Shown in pieces: positions 8,940 through 19,700 of a stretch of DNA of 64,000 nucleotides. The stretch's first letter is position 1. Each line of letters begins with the position of its first letter. Origin of the DNA: a virus; IMG/VR virus record IMGVR_UViG_3300025849_000016, positions 42,705 through 106,704 of that record. One strand, given 5' to 3'. The notes under the pieces were generated by a model. The model ran no database searches. It was given only the letters and a program-made list of their open reading frames with translations, and was not told where the DNA came from. Both the position numbers and the translations under genes were made by a program.

Positions 8940-11879
8940 CTATGAAGCGTTGTCCGGGAAAGATCTTCCTGCGCCCCAGATAATTCTCACTGCTCCCGGT
9001 GCTCCGTTTTCGTGCCCGCCGCCTTTTCTAGCATAACCTCTGCCGCCTCCCCCATAGATATTTGTTCCGGCAGTAGAAGTTCTTGCTGAGCCGCTGCTTC
9101 CGCCTGTACCGTTAAGACTTAATTCAGTGCCTGCAACACCACTGTCTCCTTCTCCAAAAATGCCAACGCCGCCGCCGGCACCAGTTGTCGAGGCGGTAGC
9201 AAATCCGCCACCGCCTCCACCGCCTGCTCCGTTAGAGGGAGTGTTTGACCAGCGTTTTCCTCGGCCGCCATTGCCTGAATATCCGGCAGCTCCGCCACCA
9301 CCACCACCGTTTTGGGCATTAAAGGATCTATCACCAGATGCGCCGCCAATGCCGCCACCATCTCTTTCGGCACCAGAACTTGTTCCTCCTTGGCCATTAG
9401 TTTGTGCATCTGACCAATAAGTAGTGCCGCCGGATCCCCCGCCGCCTTCTAATAAAGTTGTCAATCCTTGTATAATTGCACTATCTCCGCCAGATACGCC
9501 AGGTCTGCCAACGCCGCCGCCTCCGCCTACCTGAATGTCTAAAGTTTCGCCAGGCGTTACTGCAAATGTACCATATGCAAGGCCTCCGCCTGCTCCGCCG
9601 CCACCGGCTTGGCCATATACATTAACTGTAGTGCCTTGACCACCGCCACCTCCGCCGCCGATGACTACTGCACTTACCGAAGTCACACCTAACGGAACAG
9701 TCCAACTAGTAACTAAATTAGTTGTATCTGATGTAGTAGTAAATATTACCTCTCCTGGTGCTGGCATGGATTCTATTGTTCCACTCATACTGATATGAAT
9801 ACCGCACTGATAGTAAAAGTTACCCGTATCTTGTATAACCCAATTAATTATTCCGTTAGCAGTTCCGTTACTTAAAATTCCAACTACTTGGTCATTTGTT
9901 CCTATAACTGGTGCCGTTTTTATATAAAACGGATGCCCGGGTGAATTTACAATAAATCTTACCGAATCACCGGATTGAAAGGTTAGGCTTGGATCATTGC
10001 CACTTACTGCGCCGTTTCGATCAGTACCTGTAAGTATATAATGAGATGCGCCGCTATTTGTTACTGATATAGTAAAGTCGGGTGGCGGTTCATATGTAGT
10101 TTCAAACCCGTTTGAATCTGCTAATGCTACATTAGTTGAGGGGAATTGTCTATTTGACCCCCAAATAATTCTTACTGCACCGCCGCCACCAGATGTATTT
10201 TCTAAACCAGGATATGAAGTTGTATAATCACTACTAGTACTAGCTCTTCTATATGTAACACCGCCGCCGCCGCCATATTCGCCCCCATTTGCTTGAGCGC
10301 CTGATGCGCCTACGGCGCCTAGATCACCACCAGAGCCGCCACCACCTGCTTCTATAGAAGTAGCCGAATTGGCAAGGCCACCTGCGCCATTTGCACCTTG
10401 TCCATAAACTCCAACACCACCACCGCCGGCGCTCTGTGCGTCCCCAGTAAAATTAACATTACCTGAGCTATAATGGCCAGCACCACCACCACCACCGCCA
10501 GTGCCTGGTTCACCAGGATCTAAAACTATAGTGGTGGCAGGATTCTGTCCATGTTCGCCTGCATGGCCGCCATCGCCAGAATATCCGCCGGCGCCACCAC
10601 CTGATTTTGATGCCGTTACATATCCGCCGCCTTGACTGCCGTATCCGCCTCTGCCGCCGCCTGATCCAATCCATTCATTGCCAGCATACGTTCTAGCTTG
10701 GCCGGCAGATCTGCCGCCAGAAGCTTTTACTGTTGATGTACTTATAAAATAACTTTGTTCAGATTGCGTTTCAACAGTACCAGTTGAGGTATTTGTTCCG
10801 CCAGCACCTACTACAATATCATACTCTTGACCAGGTATAACAGGTATAGAATTTTTCCAAGCTAGAGAGCCACCCATACCGCCGTAAGTGTTATAATCGC
10901 CAACACCGCCACCGCCGACAACAACAGTAGATACTAATGTTACATTGTCTGGCGCAGTCCATGTATACGTGCCAGGAGTATCATATAGTATACCTCCATA
11001 GACTGCTGTAGCATTAATTGTACCAGTCATTGATCCGTGGTATTGACAAATGTAATAGAAAGTAGATACTGTATGCACAGTCCATCGAATTGTACCGCTA
11101 GTTGTACCATTATTTGGTATTTCGCTTCCGTCAATAGTAATTGTATCTCCTACATCAGTATTTGCTACTGTTTTAAGAAAAAATGGATGACCTGAAGCAT
11201 TAACTACAAAATCTACAACATCACCTAAATAAAATGTTAAGGTTGGATTAGATCCACTTACTGCGCCGTTTCGATCAGTACCAGACATTGTATAAGCTGA
11301 AGCACCAGAGTTAGTTACATTAATTGTATAATCAGCTAGGGAATCATCTACAGGTGTAGTACTAGTATCAGTAATAGTAAACACAGCCGAAGTAGCATTA
11401 GTAGGGTTTCCTAACGAGTCAGTAGAATCTAAAGAAAGAGTTGCTGTTTCAATATCTTCAGTAGTTAAATCAGATTTTGCTATTAATGTTACAGTTGCAA
11501 TACCGTTGTATATAATTGCAGTTCCTTGAAAAGATCCACCTGTAACATCAGAACTACTAATCCCTTCCCATAAATAACCAACTGATGTGCCATCTGTTAC
11601 TCCAGTTGTAGATATAGTAACAGTCATAGTATCGCCTTCGTCTACAGCGCCGCCAATTGGATTTTTAATTAAAGTATAAGTAGGAGTGCCTGAATAATAA
11701 CTAGTTTCTGTTAGAGCTTTCCAATCTCCAGTATTTGTTTTTTTTATATAAAATAAATTTTCAGATGAAACATATATAATAGTACCGATATCTCTATTGT
11801 TAGCAGATAAATCATTTAATGCAGTAATTGTTTCAACACCTTCTCTTGATAACGATTTTTTAGAAGAATACTTTGCCAT
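8940..11879 (-). CDS. Fibre/adhesin-like protein (979 aa): Calx-beta-like domain plus two [cupredoxin + glycine-rich] units
   Basis: GHPFFLK...YICQYHGSM and GHPFYIK...YQCGIHISM, each followed by a Gly-rich module ending GAVRIIWG..R.FP. Confidence 0.75.
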   Translation of the reverse strand: MAKYSSKKSLSREGVETITALNDLSANNRDIGTIIYVSSENLFYIKKTNTGDWKALTETSYYSGTPTYTLIKNPIGGAVDEGDTMTVTISTTGVTDGTSVGYLWEGISSSDVTGGSFQGTAIIYNGIATVTLIAKSDLTTEDIETATLSLDSTDSLGNPTNATSAVFTITDTSTTPVDDSLADYTINVTNSGASAYTMSGTDRNGAVSGSNPTLTFYLGDVVDFVVNASGHPFFLKTVANTDVGDTITIDGSEIPNNGTTSGTIRWTVHTVSTFYYICQYHGSMTGTINATAVYGGILYDTPGTYTWTAPDNVTLVSTVVVGGGGVGDYNTYGGMGGSLAWKNSIPVIPGQEYDIVVGAGGTNTSTGTVETQSEQSYFISTSTVKASGGRSAGQARTYAGNEWIGSGGGRGGYGSQGGGYVTASKSGGGAGGYSGDGGHAGEHGQNPATTIVLDPGEPGTGGGGGGAGHYSSGNVNFTGDAQSAGGGGVGVYGQGANGAGGLANSATSIEAGGGGSGGDLGAVGASGAQANGGEYGGGGGVTYRRASTSSDYTTSYPGLENTSGGGGAVRIIWGSNRQFPSTNVALADSNGFETTYEPPPDFTISVTNSGASHYILTGTDRNGAVSGNDPSLTFQSGDSVRFIVNSPGHPFYIKTAPVIGTNDQVVGILSNGTANGIINWVIQDTGNFYYQCGIHISMSGTIESMPAPGEVIFTTTSDTTNLVTSWTVPLGVTSVSAVVIGGGGGGGQGTTVNVYGQAGGGGAGGGLAYGTFAVTPGETLDIQVGGGGGVGRPGVSGGDSAIIQGLTTLLEGGGGSGGTTYWSDAQTNGQGGTSSGAERDGGGIGGASGDRSFNAQNGGGGGGAAGYSGNGGRGKRWSNTPSNGAGGGGGGGFATASTTGAGGGVGIFGEGDSGVAGTELSLNGTGGSSGSARTSTAGTNIYGGGGRGYARKGGGHENGAPGAVRIIWGAGRSFPDNAS

Positions 11880-13228
11880 TATGAATAATCCTGTTCTTGC
11901 ACAACACTATCTGTATTTGCTGCATTAGTTGCAGGGAAATTACGGGCAGCTCCCCATATTATTCTTACTGCGCCGCCTGCTCCGTTTTTTCCAAAACCTG
12001 CTGCTGTGTTAGTAGTTACGGCTGTCCCACTACCGCCGCCACCTGGAAACCCACCTGCTCCTGTATCACCATTACCGCCACCAGATCCGCCGCCTCCACC
12101 GCTTCGGAGTACCGGAGTTCCGTCTAATCCAAGTCCGTTAAATCCTGTTCCACCGCCGCCAGACAACCCCGGGGATGAAATAGATTCACTACCACCTGCG
12201 CCACCGCCGCCTATACCTGCTGTTCCATTTTGTCCATTTACTGGAAGATTTTGAATAAATGACGAGCTTCCACCTGTGCCGCCAGCACCGCCATATCCAC
12301 CGGCCCCTCCGCCACCGCCACCTGTACTTCCAACACTTGTTGCTCCACTTCCGCCATCGCCTCCAGAATATGCTGAATTTAGTCCAGCAACACCGCCGCC
12401 TGCACCAGCAGTACCAAACGATCCGCCCTGACCACCTGATGCTTCTATCAGTACTTGTCCGTTTCCAGTTTTTGAAACTCTAGTGAATCCACCGTTAGAA
12501 CCTGGAAAGTTTCTTACACCTCCGCTGCCTCCAGTACCAACTGTAATTGTTAGTGATGACCCGTCATTTTCAACATTATTAACATAAGATAGTGTACCAC
12601 CGCCTCCGCCTGCACCAGATGTATTAGTTGAAGATTGCATACCAGAACCGCCGCCACCTGCTCCTACACAAACAATATGTATTAATTCAGGAGTTCCTTG
12701 AGGAGGAACCCATGTATACACACCCGGCTTTGTCCAAATTGCTCCGCCATCTGCTGCTGTAGTAACTGTTTGAGAAAGTAATAACAATACATCTTTTGAT
12801 ACAGTATTAATCCCGTCAGTAACAGTTACTCTAATAAGTTTTTCACAAGTGTCTGTTGTTATAATAGGTGTAATAACTAATACACCTGTATCTATGTCAA
12901 ATGTTAATGAATCAACCGGATCTGTACCTGTGTTATCGCTAGTAAATGTTGGATAAGATAATTCATAATTTAATAAGGCACCCTCAGGATCTGTTACGCC
13001 AAAGTCTAAAGTTGTAGTAGCACCTGCTTGTTCTAAAAATACTGTTGCATCTATTCTATTATTCCATGTAGGAGCAATATTAGATGTTTCAACATACCCC
13101 CACTCATCTCCGTCCCATAGAAATACTTCTCCGGATATAAAAGATTTACTACCGTCTGGTACTCCGATACTAGGCAAGCTGCCTATGTACTCTCGTTGAT
13201 ACTGTTTTCGATCGCTGTAGTTTGCCAT
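11879..13228 (-). CDS. Fibre/adhesin-like protein (449 aa): Ig/cadherin-like domain plus glycine-rich module
   Basis: APTW...TDPEG Ig-like signature; WTKPGVYTW...GAVRIIWGAARNFP module. Confidence 0.75.
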   Translation of the reverse strand: MANYSDRKQYQREYIGSLPSIGVPDGSKSFISGEVFLWDGDEWGYVETSNIAPTWNNRIDATVFLEQAGATTTLDFGVTDPEGALLNYELSYPTFTSDNTGTDPVDSLTFDIDTGVLVITPIITTDTCEKLIRVTVTDGINTVSKDVLLLLSQTVTTAADGGAIWTKPGVYTWVPPQGTPELIHIVCVGAGGGGSGMQSSTNTSGAGGGGGTLSYVNNVENDGSSLTITVGTGGSGGVRNFPGSNGGFTRVSKTGNGQVLIEASGGQGGSFGTAGAGGGVAGLNSAYSGGDGGSGATSVGSTGGGGGGAGGYGGAGGTGGSSSFIQNLPVNGQNGTAGIGGGGAGGSESISSPGLSGGGGTGFNGLGLDGTPVLRSGGGGGSGGGNGDTGAGGFPGGGGSGTAVTTNTAAGFGKNGAGGAVRIIWGAARNFPATNAANTDSVVQEQDYS

Positions 13229-13237
13229 TATTACTCT

Positions 13238-14908
13238 CTATACTATATTATCTGGAAACGATTTATTAGCTCCCCAAACAATTCTAACTGCTCCATTACT
13301 ACCGCCTCCTGCAGATCTTGTACCGGCGGTATAATATGCATACATAGTTCCGCCCGATCCTCCACCTCCATATGTTGCAGATGTTTTTACCGATCCAGCG
13401 CCGCCGTTTTGTGGAGTTCCGTAGTTTAAATTGTAGTCATATACTCCTCGTGTACCACTTGTGCCTTCTCCAAGTGTTCCGGTACTTCCGCCATTGCCAC
13501 CAGTTTGAGAAAAACCGCCAGCATACTGATAATCGTCTGAACAAGCACCTCCGCCGCCACCGCCACTTCCGTTACTGCCTTGGTTGGGTCCGCCGGAGCC
13601 ACCATTGCCTGAATATCCGCCAGCTCCGCCACCGGCGCCGCCGTCCCAACCATTTGAAATTCCAAAGCCATTTCCGCCGTTGCCGCCGCCACCTGACACT
13701 GTGCCACTTCCTCCTATATAAGTGCCGCCATTTACTGTTGACGAGTTACCGCCGTTGCCACCATTACCCTGAGCGTAAGTTACACTATTGTATCTAATTA
13801 GACTATTGCTTCCATTTTGTCCATTTGTACGACCTGACCGTTGTGCATCTCTTGCACCTCCGCTGCCTCCGGCACCTACTACAATTTCGACTGTGTCTCC
13901 TGGAGTTACTGATAACGCATTAAAATAACCTAACCCACCACCTGCGCCGCCAGCCGCAGTTACTTGTGTTCCTGAACTTGTTCCTCTACTACACATCCCA
14001 CCGCCACCGCCACCGATAGCTACTCCGCATATAGATGTAACACCTTCTGGTACAGTCCAACTAAACGTACCGGGACTAGAAAAAGCAGCAGATCCGCTCG
14101 GTACTGTAGCACTACTGTCATTAATAGCAACTTCAGCAGTTGCTAAACCGTTATTTAAACTTATTGTAAATGTTTCATCACCTTCACCAATACTTGCATC
14201 TTCAACAATATTAAATTGTTTAGTGCTAGATCCGACTGCATCGATTGTAAAAGATCCAGTAAGAGATTCTTCTCCTGGTGCTTCTAAATCTTCTGATTGT
14301 ATGCCTGTAATTGTATACGGCAATACAGTTCCTTGAGAAACATTTTGAGTTGCTAGTTGTATTGTAAATGAATTACCTTCATTTACAGTAGTAACACTTG
14401 GAGTTAATGTGTAAGTTGGAACAGGTGTTGTACTAGTATCTGCAATTGTTATTAAAATACTATCTTGGTCGTTATCTAAACTTAGTATTAATACTTTATC
14501 TCCGTCAGTACTAGAGTCTTCTGTAACATTAAATTGAACCTGTGCTGAATTATTAATTATAGTAAATATTCCAGTTAATGGCACATTTCCAATATCAGCC
14601 GAAGTAACTGAGCCTGTAATGCTCCAGCCAATTGTTGTATTACTTTCAATATTAGTTGTTTGTAAATTAATAACAATTGTATCGCCTTCATCTACTGTTT
14701 TATCATCTGCTGTCAAATTATATGTTTGCACTAATAAAGAATCAGGAGCATCTAATAAATTAGTTTCTACCCAAAAATTACCATTCCAAAGATATATATC
14801 ATCGTTAACAATGTATCGATCGCCGATTAAATTATTTGTTAATGGGAGATTTTCTCTAGATGTTAAAACTGGAAGTTCAAAATATTTTTCAGCACTATAA
14901 CGTGTCAT
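13238..14908 (-). CDS. Fibre/adhesin-like protein (556 aa): two Calx-beta-like domains plus glycine-rich module
   Basis: Two TYxLT...V(D/N)EG...LTGxFTI...ED repeats; FSSPGTFSW...GAVRIVWGANKSFP. Confidence 0.75.
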   Translation of the reverse strand: MTRYSAEKYFELPVLTSRENLPLTNNLIGDRYIVNDDIYLWNGNFWVETNLLDAPDSLLVQTYNLTADDKTVDEGDTIVINLQTTNIESNTTIGWSITGSVTSADIGNVPLTGIFTIINNSAQVQFNVTEDSSTDGDKVLILSLDNDQDSILITIADTSTTPVPTYTLTPSVTTVNEGNSFTIQLATQNVSQGTVLPYTITGIQSEDLEAPGEESLTGSFTIDAVGSSTKQFNIVEDASIGEGDETFTISLNNGLATAEVAINDSSATVPSGSAAFSSPGTFSWTVPEGVTSICGVAIGGGGGGMCSRGTSSGTQVTAAGGAGGGLGYFNALSVTPGDTVEIVVGAGGSGGARDAQRSGRTNGQNGSNSLIRYNSVTYAQGNGGNGGNSSTVNGGTYIGGSGTVSGGGGNGGNGFGISNGWDGGAGGGAGGYSGNGGSGGPNQGSNGSGGGGGGACSDDYQYAGGFSQTGGNGGSTGTLGEGTSGTRGVYDYNLNYGTPQNGGAGSVKTSATYGGGGSGGTMYAYYTAGTRSAGGGSNGAVRIVWGANKSFPDNIV

Positions 14909-15867
14909 TATCTATCTTTCAATACCCATCCGTTTAAAGAACTATGATAAAGTAACCCCAAACTAGCACGGGTAATATCAATAATTAAATTTTCACTGTC
15001 GCCTTGAATAGGTGAAGACGACGATACAGTACATGGATTTGATGCAAAAGTTCCTTTGATATCAACTATTCTTACTTCGTCACCTTTAGACGGTCCAGAA
15101 GGTAGTGTAATAGTTATCGGACCATCTGTTGAATCTACAAATATTAAATCATAAGCTGATGCTGAATATGGTGATGTTGCCGAATCAACATCTACCGGGT
15201 TTAATGCATCAGCTGCCTGACTGCTTGCTGATATAAATTCTAATGCTGTCCCAGTTGAATTTACTCTTACTATATTATTTTCTTGACCAGTAAAGCTATT
15301 AGGAGTATCAGACATACCTAAAAACGTAGTAATACCTGCTTGGACATCGCCATTAAAGTTTTCAATTACGTTACCACCGTTAGATTGTACCCAAACTGCT
15401 TCTTCAGAAAACCATACTGCTAGTATACCTAATTCACTATCGTACCATAAATCTCCTGCTGTAGGATTTGATGGAGCAGATGTACTAACTGTTACACTAG
15501 CTCCGCCGCCACCTGCACCGCCACTACTAGAAATTGTAAGTATATTTCCTGTAATAGAAGTTGATACTCCGCCAGCGCCTTGAATACCTAATGTAGTATT
15601 GCCTGCTGAAGCTGTCCCCGTACCTGTATCAGCTTGTATTGCATTAAATGCAATTGTACTTGATGAACTTGGAACAAAATTTGCTCCGTTGTATGCTAAA
15701 ATTTGTCCTGCTTGTGCGCCTGACAGATTAAGTTGTAGAGAATTTCCATTTCCTAATGCATTATACAGTTCTGTAAAATTATTATTTACTTTTCCGGCGC
15801 CGTCTCTTAAACTATCACCAGTACCGTCATTTGCGCCTGCACCTGTGTTAATTATTTGCTTTGTCAT
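14908..15867 (-). CDS. T4 gp9/gp10-like baseplate-fibre connector (319 aa)
   Basis: N-terminus KQIINTGAGANDGTGDSLRDGAGKVNNNFTELY matches the gp9/gp10 N-terminal trimerisation motif; C-terminal DSTDGPITITLP..P..GDEV...D domain. Confidence 0.75.
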   Translation of the reverse strand: MTKQIINTGAGANDGTGDSLRDGAGKVNNNFTELYNALGNGNSLQLNLSGAQAGQILAYNGANFVPSSSSTIAFNAIQADTGTGTASAGNTTLGIQGAGGVSTSITGNILTISSSGGAGGGGASVTVSTSAPSNPTAGDLWYDSELGILAVWFSEEAVWVQSNGGNVIENFNGDVQAGITTFLGMSDTPNSFTGQENNIVRVNSTGTALEFISASSQAADALNPVDVDSATSPYSASAYDLIFVDSTDGPITITLPSGPSKGDEVRIVDIKGTFASNPCTVSSSSPIQGDSENLIIDITRASLGLLYHSSLNGWVLKDR

Positions 15868-16373
15868 TCTGTCGGTTCCTTATTATCAAAATTGATATCA
15901 TTATTGTCAAATGTTACTGTATTATTATCAAATGTTGGGAATACTCCAAAACGTCTATAATCTTTTTGTATTGGATTAATTGGCACATTTGGTACTAAGA
16001 CATCACCTTCGTCAATTCCTTGATTGACTCTTAAAGTTAATTCTCCATTATCATCTACATAGTAAGAATAATTCCCATCATCCCATTTATACTGTTGATA
16101 TATTAAACTAGGATATCTTTCAGCATGATTTTCGTCGTTACCTTCAAAAAAATCAATACCTGGTATAAAATAAGGAAAGTCATCTAAAGGATTATCTCCT
16201 ATTTCATTAACTAAAACACCGTCATTGCTATCAAATGCATCTACCTTGCATAATACAAGCTCTTCGCCGTCTGATCTCATGCCGTAAAAAAATCTTTGGC
16301 TTCGTGTTTGCTTTGCTACCGTCCTAGGTGTATTGCCTATGTAATATACCGAGTCTAACTTTTTTACTGTCAT
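15864..16373 (-). CDS. Hypothetical virion-associated protein (169 aa), paralog of 2912..3277, with C-terminal FD repeats
   Basis: Shared motifs with the 121-aa ORF; ends TFDNNTVTFDNNDINFDN; translationally coupled on both sides. Confidence 0.8.
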   Translation of the reverse strand: MTVKKLDSVYYIGNTPRTVAKQTRSQRFFYGMRSDGEELVLCKVDAFDSNDGVLVNEIGDNPLDDFPYFIPGIDFFEGNDENHAERYPSLIYQQYKWDDGNYSYYVDDNGELTLRVNQGIDEGDVLVPNVPINPIQKDYRRFGVFPTFDNNTVTFDNNDINFDNKEPTE

Positions 16374-16702
16374 TAGAGGATTTCCACATAACTCACTATT
16401 GCATCAACACTTGCTGCTAGATTACTTTTAATCTTTAACTGATTGTCGTTACCTAATATAAGTTTTTCACCACCTGCAATTAGTCTTAAACTACTATTTG
16501 GTGGTAACATTACTTCTTTTACATAATAACCTTCGATATCTAGTTCATTAGTAACAGTAACATCAATAAACAAGTTGCTTTCTGACACATTTGCTAAACT
16601 GATACCTACAATTGTCATTTTACTATTATTTGTATTATCCACTAGTGTTACTGGTGTTGGACCAATATCTTTTGCTATACTATTTCTAAAATAATTTGCC
16701 AT
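16373..16702 (-). CDS. Small beta-rich virion protein (109 aa), paralog of 52864..53202
   Basis: EKLIL...VSYVEI versus EKLVL...LSYVDI. Confidence 0.75.
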   Translation of the reverse strand: MANYFRNSIAKDIGPTPVTLVDNTNNSKMTIVGISLANVSESNLFIDVTVTNELDIEGYYVKEVMLPPNSSLRLIAGGEKLILGNDNQLKIKSNLAASVDAIVSYVEIL

Positions 16703-16706
16703 TTCT

Positions 16707-19700
16707 TTATCCCATTATAAGTGCTGCTGTAAAACTTAGATCTTCAGCTTCTGAAGTTGAAATACCAGAACTTTCTCCTGGTGATACTGGTAGCCATTTT
16801 CCTTGAATTGAATCCCAACGCAGATAATCTCCATTTGATACTCCGGTAGTATCTATGTCTCCAATTTGATCTAATATAATATCAATACTAGCACCATCAA
16901 CTGTGCCAGGCTCCCAAGCAAGTGTAAAATTGTTCCAAACTAACGCTTGGCCGCTTGTTGCACCTGCTTGATCTAATTTTGATGTATTTAGAACACTATT
17001 TACACCATCAACTAGTAATGTCGAGTCATCACCAAATATACTACCTGTAACATCACCGTCAAACCCGCCGCCAGTTGCACTAATATAACCTGCATCATTT
17101 GTAAAATGACTTACATTTGTAGGAGCACCGTTTAGATCTGCATAGTTACCTGTTAACCCAACTTGTGCAATACTCGGAGTACCTGATATATTACTATATG
17201 TTATTTGCTTAAATGTAACATCACCGCTACCATCAGTGCCTAAAAACTCTCCGTTATTACCGTCTGCTGTAGGCAATGTGTATGCATTATTAATACGTAT
17301 TGCCCCATTATTTCCTTGAATTTTAAAACGCTCTTGTAATATATTAGTTACATTGTTATTTGCTGACCCTTGTGATCCTGTTTTAAATACAATACTACCA
17401 GATGCTGCTGTACCAGTTGAAGATCCAGCAACTATTTCTATAGTACTACCTGATATATTTGTTCCTACACCGTTAGATGATGCTATAGTTTTTGTAGATC
17501 CGCCTATACTATCTGTTGCGGCTCTACCAAGTGTAATATCACTTTCTACAAAGAAATCATTGTTGTTTTCTAATCTAAAAAAGTCTGACCCTATTTCTAA
17601 TTGAGGAACGTTTGCACTATTACTATATTTTAAAGCAACGCCTTGAGTATAAATTTCATTTTGTACAGTTATACTATTATTAACAACTAATGCACTTGAT
17701 GTAGTATTACCTCTACCAGTTACTGTTCCAAGAGTATCTGCTTCAGATGTAAGGTAATTACTAGTATTATTAAAACTAATAACTCCTGTACCTTGATCAA
17801 AACTAATATCTCCAGTGCCACTAATATCAGTAAGTGCTAAAAATGATAAATCATTATTTAGATCACTTAGATTAACAGGGAAACTTGAATAAGTTGATCC
17901 ATCATTTGTGTACTGCCATCTATCTAAACTTTCATTCCAACGCAACGAAACAGTACTATTACTTCCTCTTAATACTTCGATACCTGCATTTTCTGTAGGT
18001 GTGCCTGAATTAAAATCACTATTTAGTGTTATAATGTTGTCAGCAAGATTGATTGTAGTACTATTAATAGTAGTTGTAGTTCCAGCAACGGTTAAATTTC
18101 CGTTTACTTGCATATCGTTTACAGCAATACTATTAGTAGTAGTAGATCCTCTACTTGTTACACTTTGTAATGTATCTGTTTCTGTAATACTAGCACTTGT
18201 AATATATCCGCTAGTATTATTAAAACTAAACTCGCCTGTAGTACTATTATAACTAATATCTCCAGTACCACTAACTAATCCACGTATAGTTGCATCAGTA
18301 CGTTCAGTAAATGATATGGTACCTGTAGCAGCATCGTAACTTAAATCACCGCTTGCACTTAATAATCCACGTACTTGTGAGTCTGTTCTTTGAGTAAATG
18401 ACATAATACCAGTAGCATTGTCATAACTTAGATCGCCACTTGCACTGATTAATCCACGTATAGTTGCATCAGTACGTTCAGTAAATGACATAATACCAGT
18501 AGCATTGTCATAACTTAGATCGCCATCTGCACTAATACCTGTTCGTGTAATAAATCCGGCAGTGTTTGTTAAATCACCTGTATCAACAGCAATAACTTGA
18601 TAATTAGTACCATCGTTAGTAAATTCCCACTCGTCGTTAGTTTCATTCCAACGAATATCAACAGCTGATGACACTCCTCTGTTTATAGATATGCCTGCAT
18701 TTTCTGTTGGAGTACCCGTTACGTCACTATTTAATGTTATAATGTTATCTGCAACATCAAGTGTAGCAGTATTAATAGTTGTTGTAGTTCCGCTTACTGT
18801 TAAATCACCGCTAACTATTAATCCACCTACAGTAAGATTATTAGTTGTAGTTGCACCTCTATCTGTTACGCTATCAAGGGTGTCAGTTTCAGTATAAGTA
18901 GTTATAAATCCGCTATTATTACTAAAGCTAATAACACCTGTCGAATTATCATATCCAATATCACCAGTTCCACTGATTAATCCACGTATAGTTGCATCAG
19001 TACGTTCAGTAAATGACATAATACCAGTAGCATTGTCATAACTTAGATCGCCACTTGCACTGATTAATCCACGTACTTCTGTATTTGTTCTTTGAGTAAA
19101 TGATATAACACCAGTAGCACTGTTATAACTTAGATCACCACTAACACTTAGTGCATTTCTTGCACGACTAGCTAAAAAGTATTGATTACTTCCTGACTCT
19201 GATATATCACCGGTACTTAAAACAACAGCACCAGTTTGTGTGTTTACACTAGTAACAGGTGCTGATGCTTGTGTAAAGCTAATAACACCTGTAGTACTAT
19301 TATAAGTGATATCGCCTGTTGCACTTATAAGCCCACGTATAGTTGCATCTGTTCTTTCTGTATAACTAAATACACCTGTTGAATTATCATAACTTAGACT
19401 TCCAGAAGCACTAAACAATGCTCTAATATCTGAGTCTGAACTCGACGCTGGAGTATCAGTTAGGTCATTATAACTTCCTGAAGTTGCTACTGTAGCTAAA
19501 GTCGGAGTTCCGGATATAGCTGAATATGCAATTTGTCCAAAAGAGGTACTGCCCGACCCGTCTGTAACAAGTGCTTGGCCAGTTGTACCGTCACTTGTTG
19601 GTAATGCATAAGCAGCGTTAATAGTAATTTTTCCATCAGCGCCGCTTATTTTTAACCTTTCGGATAATGCATTAGTAGCAGTTCCTGATACACCGGTACT

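Noticed and set aside
3304-14100. Gly-rich paralogous modules as a diversity-generating retroelement, PE-PGRS or collagen
   Set aside because: No reverse transcriptase and no TR/VR pair differing only at adenines was seen; there is no PE domain and no Gly-X-Y periodicity.
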